Positions 29,509 to 44,819 of a DNA stretch of 64,000 nucleotides are shown piece by piece; position 1 is the stretch's first letter; every line of letters starts with the position of its first letter. The stretch lies in the NCBI RefSeq assembly GCF_054482525.1, contig NZ_CM137006.1; one strand, written 5' to 3'. The translations under genes and the position numbers were made by a program. The notes beneath the pieces were generated by a model, which had not been told where the DNA came from, did not search any database, and was given only the letters and a program-made list of their open reading frames with translations.

Positions 29509-31281
29509 ATGCGTACAGAATATTGTGGACAGCTCCGTTTGTCCCACGTGGGGCAGCAGGTGACTCTGTGTGGTTGGGTCAACCGTCGTCGTGATCTTGG
29601 TAGCCTGATCTTCATCGATATGCGCGACCGCGAAGGTATCGTGCAGGTATTTTTCGATCCGGATCGTGCGGACGCGTTAAAGCTGGCCTCTGAACTGCGT
29701 AATGAGTTCTGCATTCAGGTCACGGGCACCGTACGTGCGCGTGACGAAAAAAATATTAACCGCGATATGGCGACTGGCGAAATCGAAGTACTGGCGTCCT
29801 CGCTGACTATCATCAACCGTGCAGATGTTCTGCCGCTTGACTCTAACCACGTCAACACCGAAGAAGCGCGTCTGAAATACCGCTACCTCGACCTGCGTCG
29901 CCCGGAAATGGCTCAGCGCCTGAAAACCCGCGCTAAAATCACCAGCCTGGTGCGCCGTTTTATGGATGACCACGGCTTCCTCGACATCGAAACTCCGATG
30001 CTGACCAAAGCCACGCCGGAAGGCGCGCGTGACTACCTGGTGCCTTCTCGTGTGCACAAAGGTAAATTCTACGCACTGCCGCAATCCCCACAGTTGTTCA
30101 AACAGCTGCTGATGATGTCCGGCTTTGACCGTTACTATCAGATCGTTAAATGCTTCCGTGACGAAGACCTGCGCGCTGATCGTCAGCCTGAATTTACTCA
30201 GATCGATGTGGAAACTTCTTTCATGACCGCGCCGCAAGTGCGTGAAGTGATGGAAGCGCTGGTGCGTCATCTGTGGCTGGAAGTGAAGGGCGTGGATCTG
30301 GGCGATTTCCCGGTAATGACCTTTGCAGAAGCAGAACGCCGTTATGGTTCTGATAAACCGGATCTGCGTAACCCGATGGAACTGACCGACGTTGCCGATC
30401 TGCTGAAATCTGTTGAGTTTGCAGTATTTGCAGGTCCGGCGAACGATCCGAAAGGTCGCGTAGCGGCTCTGCGCGTTCCGGGCGGCGCATCGCTGACCCG
30501 TAAGCAGATCGACGAATACGGTAACTTCGTTAAAATCTACGGCGCGAAAGGTCTGGCTTACATCAAAGTTAACGAACGCGCGAAAGGTCTGGAAGGTATC
30601 AACAGCCCGGTAGCTAAGTTCCTTAATGCAGAAATCATCGAAGCCATCCTGGATCGTACTGCCGCGCAAGATGGCGATATGATTTTCTTCGGTGCCGACA
30701 ATAAGAAAATTGTTGCCGACGCGATGGGCGCACTGCGCCTGAAAGTGGGTAAAGACCTTGGTCTGACCGACGAAAGCAAATGGGCACCGCTGTGGGTTAT
30801 CGACTTCCCGATGTTTGAAGACGACGGTGAAGGCGGCCTGACGGCAATGCACCATCCGTTCACCTCACCGAAAGACATGACGGCTGCAGAACTGAAAGCT
30901 GCACCAGAAAATGCGGTGGCGAACGCTTACGATATGGTCATCAATGGTTACGAAGTGGGCGGTGGTTCTGTGCGTATCCATAATGGTGATATGCAGCAGA
31001 CGGTGTTTGGTATTCTGGGTATCAACGAAGAGGAACAGCGCGAGAAATTCGGCTTCCTGCTCGACGCCCTGAAATACGGTACTCCGCCGCACGCAGGTCT
31101 GGCATTCGGTCTTGACCGTCTGACGATGCTGCTGACCGGCACCGACAATATCCGTGACGTTATCGCCTTCCCGAAAACCACGGCGGCAGCGTGTCTGATG
31201 ACTGAAGCACCGAGCTTTGCTAACCCGACTGCACTGGCTGAGCTGAGCATTCAGGTTGTGAAGAAGGCAGAGAATAACTGA
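29509..31281 (+). CDS. aspS: aspartate--tRNA ligase
   Basis: 590-aa ORF matching AspRS. Confidence 0.97.
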
Positions 31282-31398
31282 TATGACTCAAATACACGAA
31301 ATCATTCGCGTTGCATCGAGGCGGCAACTGAGTGAACTCCCATGAGCATAGATAACTATGTGAATGGGATGAGCGAAGGCAGTCAACGAAGAGGCAGC

Positions 31399-31851
31399 GT
31401 GAAGGATAAAGTGTATAAGCGTCCCGTTTCGATCTTAGTGGTCATCTATGCACAAGATACGAAACGGGTGCTGATGTTGCAGCGGCGTGACGATCCCGAT
31501 TTCTGGCAGTCGGTAACCGGCAGCGTGGAAGAGGGTGAAACCGCGCCGCAAGCTGCCATGCGCGAAGTAAAGGAAGAGGTCACCATCGATGTTGTCGCTG
31601 AACAACTGACCTTAATTGACTGTCAGCGCACGGTAGAATTTGAAATTTTTTCACATTTACGTCATCGCTATGCGCCGGGCGTGACGCGTAATACGGAATC
31701 ATGGTTCTGTCTTGCGCTCCCGCACGAACGCCAGGTCGTCTTCACTGAACATCTGGCCTACAAGTGGCTTGATGCGCCTGCTGCGGCGGCGCTCACTAAG
31801 TCCTGGAGCAACCGGCAGGCGATTGAACAGTTTGTAATTAACGCTGCCTGA
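31399..31851 (+). CDS. nudB: dihydroneopterin triphosphate diphosphatase NudB (Nudix)
   Basis: ORF 31342..31851; GTG at 31399 gives the 150-aa [15 protein letters not shown] form; Nudix box [20 protein letters not shown]. Confidence 0.85.
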
Positions 31852-31879
31852 ACAGGCAGGGCTATCTGGAGATATTTTT

Positions 31880-32620
31880 ATGGCAGGTCATAGTAAATGG
31901 GCCAACACCAGACATCGTAAAGCTGCGCAGGATGCTAAGCGCGGTAAAATCTTCACTAAAATCATTCGTGAGCTGGTAACCGCGGCTAAGCTTGGCGGTG
32001 GTGACCCGGACGCTAACCCGCGTCTGCGTGCAGCAATTGATAAAGCATTGTCTAACAACATGACCCGTGACACTCTGAACCGCGCAATCGCACGTGGTGT
32101 GGGGGGGGATGATGATGCAAACATGGAAACCATCATCTACGAAGGTTACGGTCCTGGCGGCACGGCAATCATGATTGAATGTCTGTCTGACAACCGCAAC
32201 CGTACCGTTGCTGAAGTGCGCCATGCATTCAGTAAATGTGGCGGTAACCTCGGTACTGATGGTTCCGTAGCTTATCTGTTCAGCAAAAAAGGCGTGATCT
32301 CCTTCGAGAAAGGCGATGAAGACACCATCATGGAAGCAGCCCTGGAAGCAGGTGCTGAAGACGTTGTGACCTATGATGACGGCGCAATTGATGTCTACAC
32401 TGCATGGGAAGAAATGGGTAAAGTGCGCGACGCTCTGGAAGCGGCAGGTCTGAAAGCAGACAGCGCGGAAGTTTCCATGATCCCGTCCACCAAAGCTGAT
32501 ATGGATGCAGAAACCGCACCGAAACTGATGCGTCTGATCGATATGCTGGAAGATTGCGACGACGTGCAGGAAGTCTACCATAACGGTGAAATCTCTGATG
32601 AGGTTGCAGCGACTCTCTGA
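31880..32620 (+). CDS. yebC: YebC/PmpR-family transcriptional regulator
   Basis: 246-aa [30 protein letters not shown]. Confidence 0.93.
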
Positions 32621-32654
32621 TGGGGCCTGCTAAACAGCAAAACGGAGACGCGTG

Positions 32655-33176
32655 ATGGCTATTATTCTCGGCATTGACCCGGGTTCGCGCGTGACCGGCT
32701 ATGGCGTCATCCGCCAGGTAGGCAGGCAATTGTCCTACCTGGGTAGCGGATGCATACGCACCAAAGTGGATGATTTACCGTCTCGTCTGAAGCTCATCTA
32801 TGCGGGCGTGACGGAAATCATTACCCAGTTCCAGCCTGATTATTTCGCCATTGAACAAGTCTTTATGGCGAAGAACGCTGACTCAGCCCTGAAACTGGGG
32901 CAGGCACGCGGCGTGGCGATTGTGGCGGCGGTGAATCAGGAATTGCCGGTATTTGAATATGCGGCACGTCAGGTAAAGCAAACGGTGGTAGGTATTGGTA
33001 GTGCTGAAAAAAGCCAGGTGCAGCATATGGTCCGCACCTTGCTGAAACTGCCCGCTAATCCACAGGCGGATGCTGCCGATGCATTAGCTATCGCGATTAC
33101 CCATTGTCACGTCAGTCAGAATGCGATGCAGATGAGCGAATCGCGGCTGAACCTGGCGAGAGGGCGACTGCGTTAA
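32655..33176 (+). CDS. ruvC: Holliday junction resolvase RuvC
   Basis: 173-aa ORF from [17 protein letters not shown]. Confidence 0.93.
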
Positions 33177-33177
33177 G

Positions 33178-33780
33178 TTATACCGCCTCGGTCAGTTCCG
33201 GCTGAGGCGTTTCCACTCCCTCCGCATGAATCAACACCAAACCCGGATGATGCCACAAACTGGCTGGCGTGACGGTTTTACGCTCCCACGGAATAGAACC
33301 TAAGAACCAGAATTTCCAGAAAGTGAGTTTTGCATTCGGATTGCTATTTAACAATTCTCCAAACGTCTCTATTTCACCCACCGGAATACATAGCGCCTTT
33401 TTATAAATATCAAAAACAAATTTTGAACAGAACTGGCGCGAAGATTCGTATTTAAAACCGGTGTGGTAAAGTTTGCGTAGCCGGGAGGGAACCTGTTCAA
33501 CAATTCGTTGTTTTTGTTGTTCTGTAAGCCCGGCGTCTAATCGCTTTATAGCATAGCGTTGATTAGAAGAACGTTTAATAAAACGAGATAGCGTGGTGAT
33601 GGTTGAAAGGGGAACCCGGCTTTCTGCAACCATGAAGTCTTCACCGTTATGACCGATAATGATCCCGACGTGATTACTCCAGCAATTTGATGCAGCTGAT
33701 ATTTGACCAAATAAGGCAGCACCTATACATGTAAAGACGATATCACCAATTTCATATTCAGCAGGATAATTAATATTCAC
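33178..33780 (-). CDS. yebB: YebB, conserved protein of unknown function
   Basis: 200-aa ORF between ruvC and ruvA on the opposite strand, as in K-12. Confidence 0.8.
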   Translation of the reverse strand: MNINYPAEYEIGDIVFTCIGAALFGQISAASNCWSNHVGIIIGHNGEDFMVAESRVPLSTITTLSRFIKRSSNQRYAIKRLDAGLTEQQKQRIVEQVPSRLRKLYHTGFKYESSRQFCSKFVFDIYKKALCIPVGEIETFGELLNSNPNAKLTFWKFWFLGSIPWERKTVTPASLWHHPGLVLIHAEGVETPQPELTEAV

Positions 33781-33987
33781 ATTGTCATTCCATTGAAATA
33801 GATACGAATATACGTAATAGCATAAAAAATTTATTTTTTCAGGAGGCGCAATATGTATTTTTATTACGCATTTCTTCGCTGAATATGTAATATTTAAATA
33901 TTTGCTTCCAATATAACCTGTAGAATAAATTATACTGCGCCATTTTTCAGATCATCGGGACGCCTCGCAAGTTTTCTTCATCCTTCG

Positions 33988-34003
33988 CTGGATATCTATC
34001 CAG
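33988..34003. promoter_or_regulatory. LexA (SOS) box of the ruvAB operon
   Basis: CTGGATATCTATCCAG fits CTG-N10-CAG, about 50 bp upstream of the ruvA start. Confidence 0.8.
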
Positions 34004-34054
34004 CATTTTTTTATCATACAGCATTATCTTTGATTCATTACGCAGGAGCGTCAT

Positions 34055-34666
34055 GTGATAGGCAGACTCAGAGGCATCATCATTGAAAAACAACCCCCGC
34101 TGGTGTTAATTGAAGTGGGCGGCGTAGGCTATGAAGTGCATATGCCGATGACCTGTTTTTATGAACTCCCTGAAGCGGGTCAGGAAGCGATCGTTTTCAC
34201 CCACTTTGTGGTGCGTGAAGACGCGCAACTGCTGTACGGTTTTAACAATAAACAAGAGCGCACGTTGTTCAAAGAGTTGATCAAAACCAACGGCGTCGGC
34301 CCGAAGTTGGCGCTGGCGATCCTCTCCGGAATGTCAGCGCAGCAGTTCGTTAATGCCGTTGAGCGTGAAGAAGTGGGGGCACTAGTGAAACTGCCGGGTA
34401 TTGGCAAAAAAACCGCCGAACGCTTGATTGTTGAAATGAAAGACCGATTTAAAGGTTTGCATGGCGATCTCTTTACGCCAGCCGCCGACCTGGTACTCAC
34501 ATCACCTGCCAGCCCGGCGACCGACGATGCTGAACAGGAAGCGGTTGCCGCGCTGGTGGCGCTGGGCTATAAACCACAAGAAGCAAGCCGCATGGTGAGC
34601 AAAATCGCTCGCCCTGACGCCAGCAGTGAAACATTAATTCGCGAAGCCCTACGCGCCGCGTTATGA
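34055..34666 (+). CDS. ruvA: Holliday junction branch-migration complex subunit RuvA
   Basis: 203-aa ORF, GTG start, [15 protein letters not shown]. Confidence 0.95.
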   Translation: MIGRLRGIIIEKQPPLVLIEVGGVGYEVHMPMTCFYELPEAGQEAIVFTHFVVREDAQLLYGFNNKQERTLFKELIKTNGVGPKLALAILSGMSAQQFVNAVEREEVGALVKLPGIGKKTAERLIVEMKDRFKGLHGDLFTPAADLVLTSPASPATDDAEQEAVAALVALGYKPQEASRMVSKIARPDASSETLIREALRAAL

Positions 34667-34671
34667 GGTAA

Positions 34672-35685
<1,014 letters not shown>

Positions 35686-35689
35686 GTCG

Positions 35690-35830
35690 GATCGGTCGCT
35701 CGCGGCGCATCCGACACTGGCAGTGTTGCCTGATGCGCCGCTATTCGCGTCTTATCAGGCATATACCAGAGATAGCGAACCATAGGTCGGATAAGGCGCT
35801 CGCGCCGCATCCGACAAATGTGTTCAGCGA
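35690..35830. repeat. BIME/REP cluster between ruvB and znuB
   Basis: several copies of GCCTGATGCGCCGC... and CGGATAAGGCGCTCGCGCCGCATCCGACA palindromic units. Confidence 0.7.
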
Positions 35831-35834
35831 AAGA

Positions 35835-36620
35835 TTAGCTGGCCTGTTTTTTCATCATACTGAGAATAAATAACAGTGCCGCGCATAGCACCACCGACGG
35901 GCCTGCTGGTGTATCGTAAAATGCGGAAAAGGTTAAACCGCCAGTCACTGCCACCATTCCCACCAAAACAGCGACACCTGCCATCTGTTCCGGCGTGCGG
36001 GCAAAGCGACGTGCAGTAGCAGCAGGAATAATCAGCAACGAAGTAATAATCAACGCGCCGACAAATTTCATCGCTACACCAATCGTCAATGCCGTCACCA
36101 GCATCAACAACAATTTCACGCGCTGTAATTTCACACCATCAACAAACGCCAGATCCGGGCTAATCGTCATCGACAGCAAATTGCGCCATTGCCAGAACAA
36201 AATCGCCACCACGATGACCACGCCAATTGCAATAGAGATGAGATCTTCTGGCGTCACTGCCAGCAAATCACCGAACAGGTAAGCCATCAAATCAACACGA
36301 ATATTAGACATCAGACTAACGACCACCAGGCCCAGCGACAGGGCACTGTGCGCCATAATCCCTAATAACGTGTCGATCGCCAGCTGTGGACGCTTCTCCA
36401 GCCATACCAGACCGCCCGCCAGCAGCAGCGTAACTGCAATCACCGCATAGAATGGATTCACGTCCAGCAACAAACCAAACGCGACACCAAGTAATGAGGC
36501 ATGGGCCAGCGTATCACCGAAATAAGACATACGACGCCAGACCACAAACGAACCCAGCGGACCCGCGGCACAGGCGAGCATGATCCCGGCTAACCAACCG
36601 GGAAATAATAATTCAATCAT
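35835..36620 (-). CDS. znuB: zinc ABC transporter permease ZnuB
   Basis: 261-aa ORF matching ZnuB. Confidence 0.95.
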   Translation of the reverse strand: MIELLFPGWLAGIMLACAAGPLGSFVVWRRMSYFGDTLAHASLLGVAFGLLLDVNPFYAVIAVTLLLAGGLVWLEKRPQLAIDTLLGIMAHSALSLGLVVVSLMSNIRVDLMAYLFGDLLAVTPEDLISIAIGVVIVVAILFWQWRNLLSMTISPDLAFVDGVKLQRVKLLLMLVTALTIGVAMKFVGALIITSLLIIPAATARRFARTPEQMAGVAVLVGMVAVTGGLTFSAFYDTPAGPSVVLCAALLFILSMMKKQAS

Positions 36621-37372
36621 GAGCGATCATTTCCCCGACGCAAAACAATTCGTCCCTGTAAATCGTGACGATGATTATGATGATGGCGATAGATACCCAT
36701 TTGTTCAGCACCACGAGGACCAAACATAGAAATAAACTCCGGATGCAGGGAAACAACTTCCGGTGTACCGGAACAACAAATGTGGTGATTCAGGCAAAGC
36801 ACTTCATCGGTTTTTGCCATTACCAGATGCAGATCGTGAGAGACCATTAAAACGCCACAATCCAGTTCGCGACGCAACTGGTCAATAAGGTCATATAACG
36901 CCACCTGACCATTCACATCCACGCCCTGAGTGGGTTCATCCAGCACTAATAATTGCGGTCGATTTAACAATGCTCGCGCTAACAATACACGCTGTGTTTC
37001 GCCACCCGAGAGCTTTTGCATCGGTGCGTTAATCAGATGCCCGGCCTGGACACGTTTCAGTGCAGGCAAAATATCTTCTTTATGTGTGCCAGGGCGTAAG
37101 CGTAAAAAACGGTGTACGGTCAGTGGCAACGTGGTGTCGAGATACAGCTTCTGCGGTACATAGCCGATGCGCAGTTTTCCGTTGCGCTTGATAACCCCTT
37201 CATCGGGTGTTACCAGCCCGAGCACTACCCGTACCAGTGTCGACTTACCTGCGCCATTTGGCCCAAGTAAAGTCAAAATTTTTCCAGGTTTAAGTTCCAG
37301 CGACACATCAGAGAGGACGCGGCGTTGGCCAAAAGAAACCGAGACATTTTCCAGGGAAACCAGACTTGTCAT
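36617..37372 (-). CDS. znuC: zinc ABC transporter ATPase ZnuC
   Basis: 251-aa ORF with Walker [10 protein letters not shown] and ABC signature LSGGETQR. Confidence 0.95.
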   Translation of the reverse strand: MTSLVSLENVSVSFGQRRVLSDVSLELKPGKILTLLGPNGAGKSTLVRVVLGLVTPDEGVIKRNGKLRIGYVPQKLYLDTTLPLTVHRFLRLRPGTHKEDILPALKRVQAGHLINAPMQKLSGGETQRVLLARALLNRPQLLVLDEPTQGVDVNGQVALYDLIDQLRRELDCGVLMVSHDLHLVMAKTDEVLCLNHHICCSGTPEVVSLHPEFISMFGPRGAEQMGIYRHHHNHRHDLQGRIVLRRGNDRS

Positions 37373-37397
37373 GTTAATTTTAGTCTTGCAGTAGTCA

Positions 37398-37417
37398 TGA
37401 AATGTTATAATATCACA
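37398..37417. promoter_or_regulatory. Zur box in the divergent znuCB/znuA promoter region
   Basis: TGAAATGTTATAATATCACA, an AT-rich palindrome matching the known Zur operator, lies between the divergent starts. Confidence 0.75.
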
Positions 37418-37450
37418 CTTCTCATATTCATTACGATGATTGGTCGCATT

Positions 37451-38383
37451 ATGTTACATAAAAAAACGCTTCTTTTCGCAGCATTATCCGCCGCTCTCTG
37501 GGGCGGTGCAACACAGGCCGCAGATGCTGCCGTTGTCGCTTCGCTTAAACCCGTTGGGTTCATCGCTTCTGCCATTGCTGATGGGGTAACAGAAACGGAG
37601 GTTTTACTACCTGACGGCGCTTCAGAACATGATTATTCACTGCGTCCATCAGATGTAAAACGCTTACAGAACGCGGACTTAGTCGTTTGGGTTGGCCCGG
37701 AGATGGAAGCGTTCATGCAAAAACCGGTAAGTAAATTACCTGAAGCGAAACAGGTAACGATTGCGCAGCTAGAGAATGTGAAACCGCTGCTGATGAAAAG
37801 TATTCACGGCGATGATGATGATCACGACCACGCGGAAAAAAGTGACGAAGATCACCATCACGGCGATTTCAACATGCATCTTTGGCTTTCCCCAGAGATA
37901 GCGCGGGCTACAGCGGTTGCAATCCATGGAAAATTAGTGGAACTTATGCCGCAAAGTCGAGCCAAACTTGACGCCAACTTGAAGGATTTTGAGGCACAAT
38001 TAGCCTCAACCGAAAAGCAGGTTGGTAACGAGCTCGCGCCGCTCAAGGGGAAAGGTTATTTCGTTTTTCACGATGCTTACGGCTATTTCGAAAAACAGTT
38101 CGGACTGACACCGCTTGGTCATTTTACCGTTAACCCTGAGATTCAACCTGGCGCGCAGCGTTTACATGAAATAAGAACACAGTTGGTTGAGCAAAAAGCA
38201 ACCTGCGTTTTTGCTGAGCCACAGTTCAGGCCAGCGGTCGTTGAGAGCGTCGCACGAGGGACATCCGTTCGTATGGGAACGTTGGATCCCCTGGGGACGA
38301 ATATCAAACTGGGTAAAACAAGCTATTCAGAATTCCTGAATCAATTAGCCAACCAGTATGCGAGCTGCCTGAAAGGAGATTAA
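37451..38383 (+). CDS. znuA: periplasmic zinc-binding protein ZnuA
   Basis: ORF 37325..38383; ATG at 37451 gives the 310-aa [14 protein letters not shown] form with signal peptide; His/Asp-rich loop present. Confidence 0.92.
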   Translation: MLHKKTLLFAALSAALWGGATQAADAAVVASLKPVGFIASAIADGVTETEVLLPDGASEHDYSLRPSDVKRLQNADLVVWVGPEMEAFMQKPVSKLPEAKQVTIAQLENVKPLLMKSIHGDDDDHDHAEKSDEDHHHGDFNMHLWLSPEIARATAVAIHGKLVELMPQSRAKLDANLKDFEAQLASTEKQVGNELAPLKGKGYFVFHDAYGYFEKQFGLTPLGHFTVNPEIQPGAQRLHEIRTQLVEQKATCVFAEPQFRPAVVESVARGTSVRMGTLDPLGTNIKLGKTSYSEFLNQLANQYASCLKGD

Positions 38384-38398
38384 TGAGGAAGTGATTAC

Positions 38399-39721
38399 GT
38401 GCAACAGATAGCCCGCTCTGTCGCCCTGGCGTTTAATAATTTACCGCGACCACACCGCGTTATGTTGGGGGCGCTCACCGTTCTTACTCTGGCCGTCGCT
38501 GTCTGGCGGCCCTATGTTTATCACCGCGATGCCACGCCAATTGTCAAAACCATTGAGCTGGAACAGAACGAAATTCGTTCGCTCTTACCTGAAGCCAGTG
38601 AGCCGATTGATCAAGCTGCACAAGAAGATGAAGCCATTCCCCAGGATGAACTGGATGACAAAATCGCCGGTGAAGCGGGCGTGCATGAATATGTTGTTTC
38701 CACTGGCGATACGCTAAGCAGCATTCTCAATCAGTATGGTATTGATATGGGTGATATCACCCAACTGGCTGCTGCCGACAAAGAATTGCGTAACCTGAAA
38801 ATCGGTCAACAACTCTCCTGGACATTAACCGCGGACGGCGAACTGCAGCGCCTCACCTGGGAAGTGTCTCGTCGTGAAACCCGAACCTATGACCGTACTG
38901 CCGCTAACGGTTTTAAAATGACCAGCGAAATGCAGCAAGGAGAGTGGGTCAACAATCTGCTGAAAGGTACCGTCGGGGGAAGCTTTGTTGCCAGCGCCAG
39001 AAACGCCGGTTTAACCAGCGCCGAAGTGAGCGCAGTGATTAAAGCCATGCAGTGGCAAATGGATTTCCGCAAACTGAAAAAAGGCGATGAATTTGCGGTG
39101 TTAATGTCACGAGAAATGCTTGATGGTAAACGTGAGCAAAGCCAGCTGCTGGGCGTACGTTTGCGTTCAGAAGGTAAAGATTATTACGCAATCCGCGCTG
39201 AAGATGGCAAATTCTACGATCGTAACGGTACTGGTCTGGCGAAAGGATTCTTGCGATTCCCGACGGCGAAACAGTTCCGTATCTCATCTAACTTTAACCC
39301 GCGTCGTACTAATCCGGTGACCGGTCGCGTTGCGCCACACAGAGGTGTTGATTTCGCAATGCCACAAGGTACGCCAGTGCTTTCAGTGGGTGACGGTGAA
39401 GTGGTGGTTGCCAAACGCAGTGGCGCAGCAGGTTATTATGTGGCTATTCGTCATGGTCGCAGCTACACCACGCGTTATATGCACTTGCGCAAGATTCTGG
39501 TGAAACCGGGACAGAAGGTGAAACGTGGCGACCGTATCGCGCTTTCCGGTAATACCGGACGTTCAACCGGGCCGCATCTGCACTATGAAGTATGGATAAA
39601 CCAGCAGGCCGTAAACCCGCTGACGGCAAAACTGCCGCGTACCGAAGGGCTGACCGGCTCCGATCGTCGCGAATTCCTGGCGCAGGCCAAAGAGATTGTG
39701 CCGCAGCTACGGTTTGATTAA
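38399..39721 (+). CDS. mepM: murein DD-endopeptidase MepM (M23/LytM family)
   Basis: 440-aa ORF, GTG start, with M23 peptidase motifs. Confidence 0.93.
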   Translation: MQQIARSVALAFNNLPRPHRVMLGALTVLTLAVAVWRPYVYHRDATPIVKTIELEQNEIRSLLPEASEPIDQAAQEDEAIPQDELDDKIAGEAGVHEYVVSTGDTLSSILNQYGIDMGDITQLAAADKELRNLKIGQQLSWTLTADGELQRLTWEVSRRETRTYDRTAANGFKMTSEMQQGEWVNNLLKGTVGGSFVASARNAGLTSAEVSAVIKAMQWQMDFRKLKKGDEFAVLMSREMLDGKREQSQLLGVRLRSEGKDYYAIRAEDGKFYDRNGTGLAKGFLRFPTAKQFRISSNFNPRRTNPVTGRVAPHRGVDFAMPQGTPVLSVGDGEVVVAKRSGAAGYYVAIRHGRSYTTRYMHLRKILVKPGQKVKRGDRIALSGNTGRSTGPHLHYEVWINQQAVNPLTAKLPRTEGLTGSDRREFLAQAKEIVPQLRFD

Positions 39722-39840
39722 TTAACATCCATTCGCAGCCGGTACGCAGTCAGTACCGGCTTTTTTTATTTGGTGCGGGGCAAGTTGCGCCGCTACACTA
39801 TCACCAGATTGATTTTTGCCTTATCCGAAACTGGAAAAGC

Positions 39841-40812
39841 ATGGAAACGAAAAAAAATAATAGCGAATACATTCCTGAGTTTGATAAATCCTTTCGCCAC
39901 CCGCGCTACTGGGGAGCATGGCTGGGCGTAGCAGCGATGGCGGGTATCGCTTTAACGCCGCCAAAGTTTCGCGACCCCATTCTGGCACGGCTGGGACGTT
40001 TTGCCGGACGCCTGGGAAAAAGCTCACGCCGTCGTGCGTTAATCAATTTGTCGCTCTGCTTTCCAGAACGTAGTGAAGCTGAACGCGAAGCGATTGTTGA
40101 TGAGATGTTTGCCACCGCGCCGCAAGCGATGGCAATGATGGCTGAGTTGGCAATACGCGGGCCGGAGAAAATTCAGCCGCGCGTTGACTGGCAAGGGCTG
40201 GAGATTATCGAAGAGATGCGACGTAATAACGAGAAAGTGATCTTTCTGGTGCCGCACGGTTGGGCCGTCGATATTCCTGCCATGCTGATGGCCTCGCAAG
40301 GGCAGAAAATGGCAGCGATGTTCCATAATCAGGGCAACCCGGTTTTTGATTATGTCTGGAACACGGTGCGTCGTCGTTTTGGCGGTCGTCTGCATGCGAG
40401 AAATGATGGTATTAAACCATTCATCCAGTCGGTACGTCAGGGCTACTGGGGATATTATTTACCCGATCAGGATCATGGCCCAGAGCACAGCGAATTTGTT
40501 GATTTCTTTGCCACCTATAAAGCGACGTTGCCCGCGATTGGTCGTTTGATGAAAGTGTGTCGTGCGCGCGTTGTACCGCTGTTTCCGATTTATGATGGCA
40601 AGACGCATCGCCTGACGATTCAGGTGCGCCCACCGATGGATGATCTGTTAGAGGCGGATGACCATACGATTGCGCGGCGGATGAATGAAGAAGTCGAGAT
40701 TTTTGTTGGTCCGCGACCAGAACAATACACCTGGATATTAAAATTGCTGAAAACTCGCAAACCGGGCGAAATCCAACCGTACAAGCGCAAAGATCTTTAT
40801 CCCATCAAATAA
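39841..40812 (+). CDS. lpxM: lipid A myristoyltransferase LpxM (MsbB)
   Basis: 323-aa [27 protein letters not shown]. Confidence 0.95.
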
Positions 40813-40840
40813 AAAAAGCCTCTCGCGAGGAGAGGCTTCC
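40811..40840. terminator. hairpin terminator between lpxM and the REP/IS (probably bidirectional for lpxM and pykA in the uninterrupted locus)
   Basis: stem GCCTCTC/GAGAGGC with an A7 run on the 5' side. Confidence 0.5.
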
Positions 40841-41449
40841 GCCGTGTGATAAGTTCAAGTTTGCTTCAGAAGATTCGAAATCTGTTGAACTATCATTGAA
40901 CTGTAGGCCGGATGAGGCGTTTTGAACTGCACCCCAAATGTTGGACATAATCTGACATCTGAAGGTGCAGTTTATGAAACATTCATTTGAAGTAAAACTT
41001 GCCGCTGTAAATCACTACCTGGCTGGTCATGCAGGCATCATTTCTACGGCAAAACTCTTTCAACTTTCTCACACCAGCCTCTCACACTGGATTAATCTTT
41101 TTCTTCTTCACGGTCCTCGGGCACTGGATTGCAGACACAAGCGTAGCTATTCTCCTGAAGATAAACTTTGCGTGGTTCTTTATGCTCTCGGGCATTCTGA
41201 GTCTCTACCCCGGGTAGCTGCCCGGTTTAACATTCCCAGCCACAACACGGTTAAAAACTGGATAAAAGGCTACCGCAAATCTGGTAATGAGGCCTTTATC
41301 AGGCGCAGGAAGGAGAAAAGCATGACCCGTTCTGATGATACCCATGAAAACGAGGCAAACATGACGCCGGAAGAGATGAAGAATGAGCTGCGTTATCTTC
41401 GCGCAGAAAATGCATATCTGAAAGCCATGCAGGAGCATCTCCTGGAAAA

Positions 41450-42354
<905 letters not shown>

Positions 42355-42379
42355 GTTTTCGCCGCATCCGGCAACGTAC

Positions 42380-43822
42380 TTACTCTACCGTTAAAATACG
42401 CGTGGTATTAGTAGAACCCACGGTACTCATCACGTCGCCCTGGGTGACAATCACCAGGTCACCAGACATCAAGTAACCTTTATCGCGCAGCAGATTAACC
42501 GCTTCGCTGGCAGCTGCTACGCCGTCATTAGCGCTATCAAAGTGCACCGGCGTAACGCCGCGATAGAGAGCAGTCAGGTTCAGCGTACGTTCATGGCGTG
42601 ACATGGCGAAAATTGGCAGACCAGAGCTGATACGGGAGGTCATCAGCGCCGTACGACCCGATTCGGTCATGGTGATGATCGCCGTAACGCCTTTCAGGTG
42701 GTTAGCCGCGTACATTGCTGACATGGCGATAGCTTCTTCCACATTGTCGAACTGAACGTCCAGACGGTGTTTAGAAACGTTGATGCTCGGGATTTTTTCC
42801 GCACCCAGGCAAACGCGCGCCATGGCTGCAACAGTTTCTGAAGGATACTGACCAGCAGCAGTTTCTGCAGAAAGCATCACAGCGTCAGTACCATCCAGAA
42901 CGGCGTTTGCTACGTCCATGACTTCTGCACGCGTCGGCATCGGGTTAGTAATCATTGACTCCATCATCTGGGTCGCCGTGATTACTGCGCGGTTAAGCTG
43001 ACGCGCACGACGGATCAACGCTTTCTGAATGCCGACCAGTTCCGGGTCGCCAATTTCCACACCGAGGTCGCCACGTGCAACCATTACCACGTCAGAGGCG
43101 AGGATGATGTCATCCATTGCATCCTGGCTGCAAACGGCTTCCGCACGTTCAACCTTGGCAACAATTTTCGCATCACAGCCTGCATCGCGTGCCAGGCGAC
43201 GGGCATAGTTCAGATCTTCGCCGCAGCGTGGGAAGGAGACAGCCAGGTAATCTACGCCAATTAACGCCGCAGTCTTAATGTCTGCTTTGTCTTTTTCGGT
43301 CAGCGCTTCAGCCGACAAACCGCCGCCAAGTTTGTTGATACCTTTATTGTTGGAGAGGGGACCACCGACGGTCACTTCGGTGAACACTTTCATGCCCTGA
43401 ACTTCCAGTACTTTTAACTGAACGCGACCATCGTCCAGCAGCAGGATGTCACCAGGCACGACGTCAGCAGGCAGGCCTTTGTAGTCGATACCGACTTTTT
43501 CTTTGTCGCCTTCACCTTTACCCAGGTTGGCGTCGAGCAGGAATTTATCCCCAATATTGAGGAAAACTTTGCCTTCTTTAAAGGTGGATACACGGATTTT
43601 GGGCCCCTGGAGGTCACCCAGAATAGCCACATGACGCCCCAGTTTTGCGGCAATCTCACGAACTTTATCCGCGCGCATTTTGTGATCTTCAGGCGAGCCG
43701 TGAGAAAAGTTCATACGTACAACGTTTGCACCCGCTGCGATAACTTTTTCAAGGTTATTATCGCGATCTGTTGCTGGGCCTAACGTGGTAACGATTTTAG
43801 TTCTGCGAAGCCTTCTGGACAT
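42380..43822 (-). CDS. pykA: pyruvate kinase II
   Basis: ORF 42380..43963; the PykA N-terminus [19 protein letters not shown] starts at 43822 (480 aa); the 47 extra upstream codons are not part of the gene. Confidence 0.93.
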
Positions 43823-43949
43823 GTAATACTCCGTTGACTGAAACAACCAGGTGTTGCTTGAACATGAAATCCGAATGAAATAACGCCGCGATGGCGATAA
43901 ATTAATCTCATTCGGATGTCGTATAAGATTAGGACAGTGACAGTCGTTT

Positions 43950-44819
43950 TTAGCGATCGTCACTTAAATTAAGTAACTGCTTATCAAAACGCGATTCCTT
44001 CAGCGCTTCCTTGACCCGCTTCAAGTTATCTCTGAATTTTGCACCGCGTCGCAAAGTAAATCCTGTCGCCAGCACATCTATCACGGTCAGCTGCGCAAGT
44101 CGAGAAACCATGGGCATATAAATGTCAGTATCTTCCGGTACGTCGAGGGTAATTGCCAGCGTTGCTTCCCGGGCGAGCGGGGTACCCGCAGAGGTGAGGG
44201 CAATCACCATGGCGTCGTTTTCGCGTGCCAGCTGCGCCAGCTCGACCAGATTTTTTGTTCTTCCCGTGTGAGAAATCAGCACCACCACGTCTCCGTCGCT
44301 ACAATTCATACAACTCATGCGTTGCAGCACAATATCATCGGAGTACACCACCGGAACATTAAAACGAAAGAACTTATTCATCGCATCGTGGGCAACGGCG
44401 GCTGAAGAGCCTAATCCGAAAAAGGCGATTTTTTTTGCCTGAGTGAGCAAGTCGACGGCGCGGTTGATGGCAGATTTATCCAGTGAATGACGGACATGAT
44501 CGAGCGTTGCCATTGCGGACTCAAATATTTTCCCCGTGTATGATTCAACGCTGTCATCTTCATTGACGTTGCGATTAACATAGGGAGTGCCATTCGCCAG
44601 ACTTTGTGCCAGATGAAGTTTAAAATCAGGAAAACCGCGCGTATCCATGCTGCGACAGAAACGATTCACCGTCGGTTCGCTAACATTGGCTTCCAGCGCC
44701 AGAGCAGCAATACTCGAATGGATCGCGTTATCGGGAGAAGCCAGAATGACCTCGGCAACTTTGCGCTCTGATTTGCTCAAATGTTCCAGCTGAGACTGGA
44801 TTTTTTCCAGCATATTCAT
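43950..44819 (-). CDS. hexR: RpiR-family transcriptional regulator HexR
   Basis: 289-aa ORF with HTH and SIS domains. Confidence 0.92.

Noticed and set aside
29677-30855. 392-aa minus-strand ORF inside aspS
   Set aside because: Shadow ORF antisense to a highly expressed gene; Arg/His/Phe-rich translation with no recognisable domain.
31862-32581. 239-aa minus-strand ORF antisense to yebC
   Set aside because: Overlaps the conserved yebC gene across its whole length; composition is not protein-like.
37325-38383. N-terminally extended 352-aa version of znuA
   Set aside because: The extension overlaps the znuC start and the Zur box; the signal-peptide-containing ZnuA starts at 37451.
41029-41217. 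62-aa alternative-frame ORF inside the IS orfA
   Set aside because: Out-of-frame overlap within a transposase gene; no support.
42380-43963. N-terminally extended 527-aa version of pykA from the ORF track
   Set aside because: The extension reads into the REP/IS junction; the conserved PykA N-terminus starts at the ATG at 43822.
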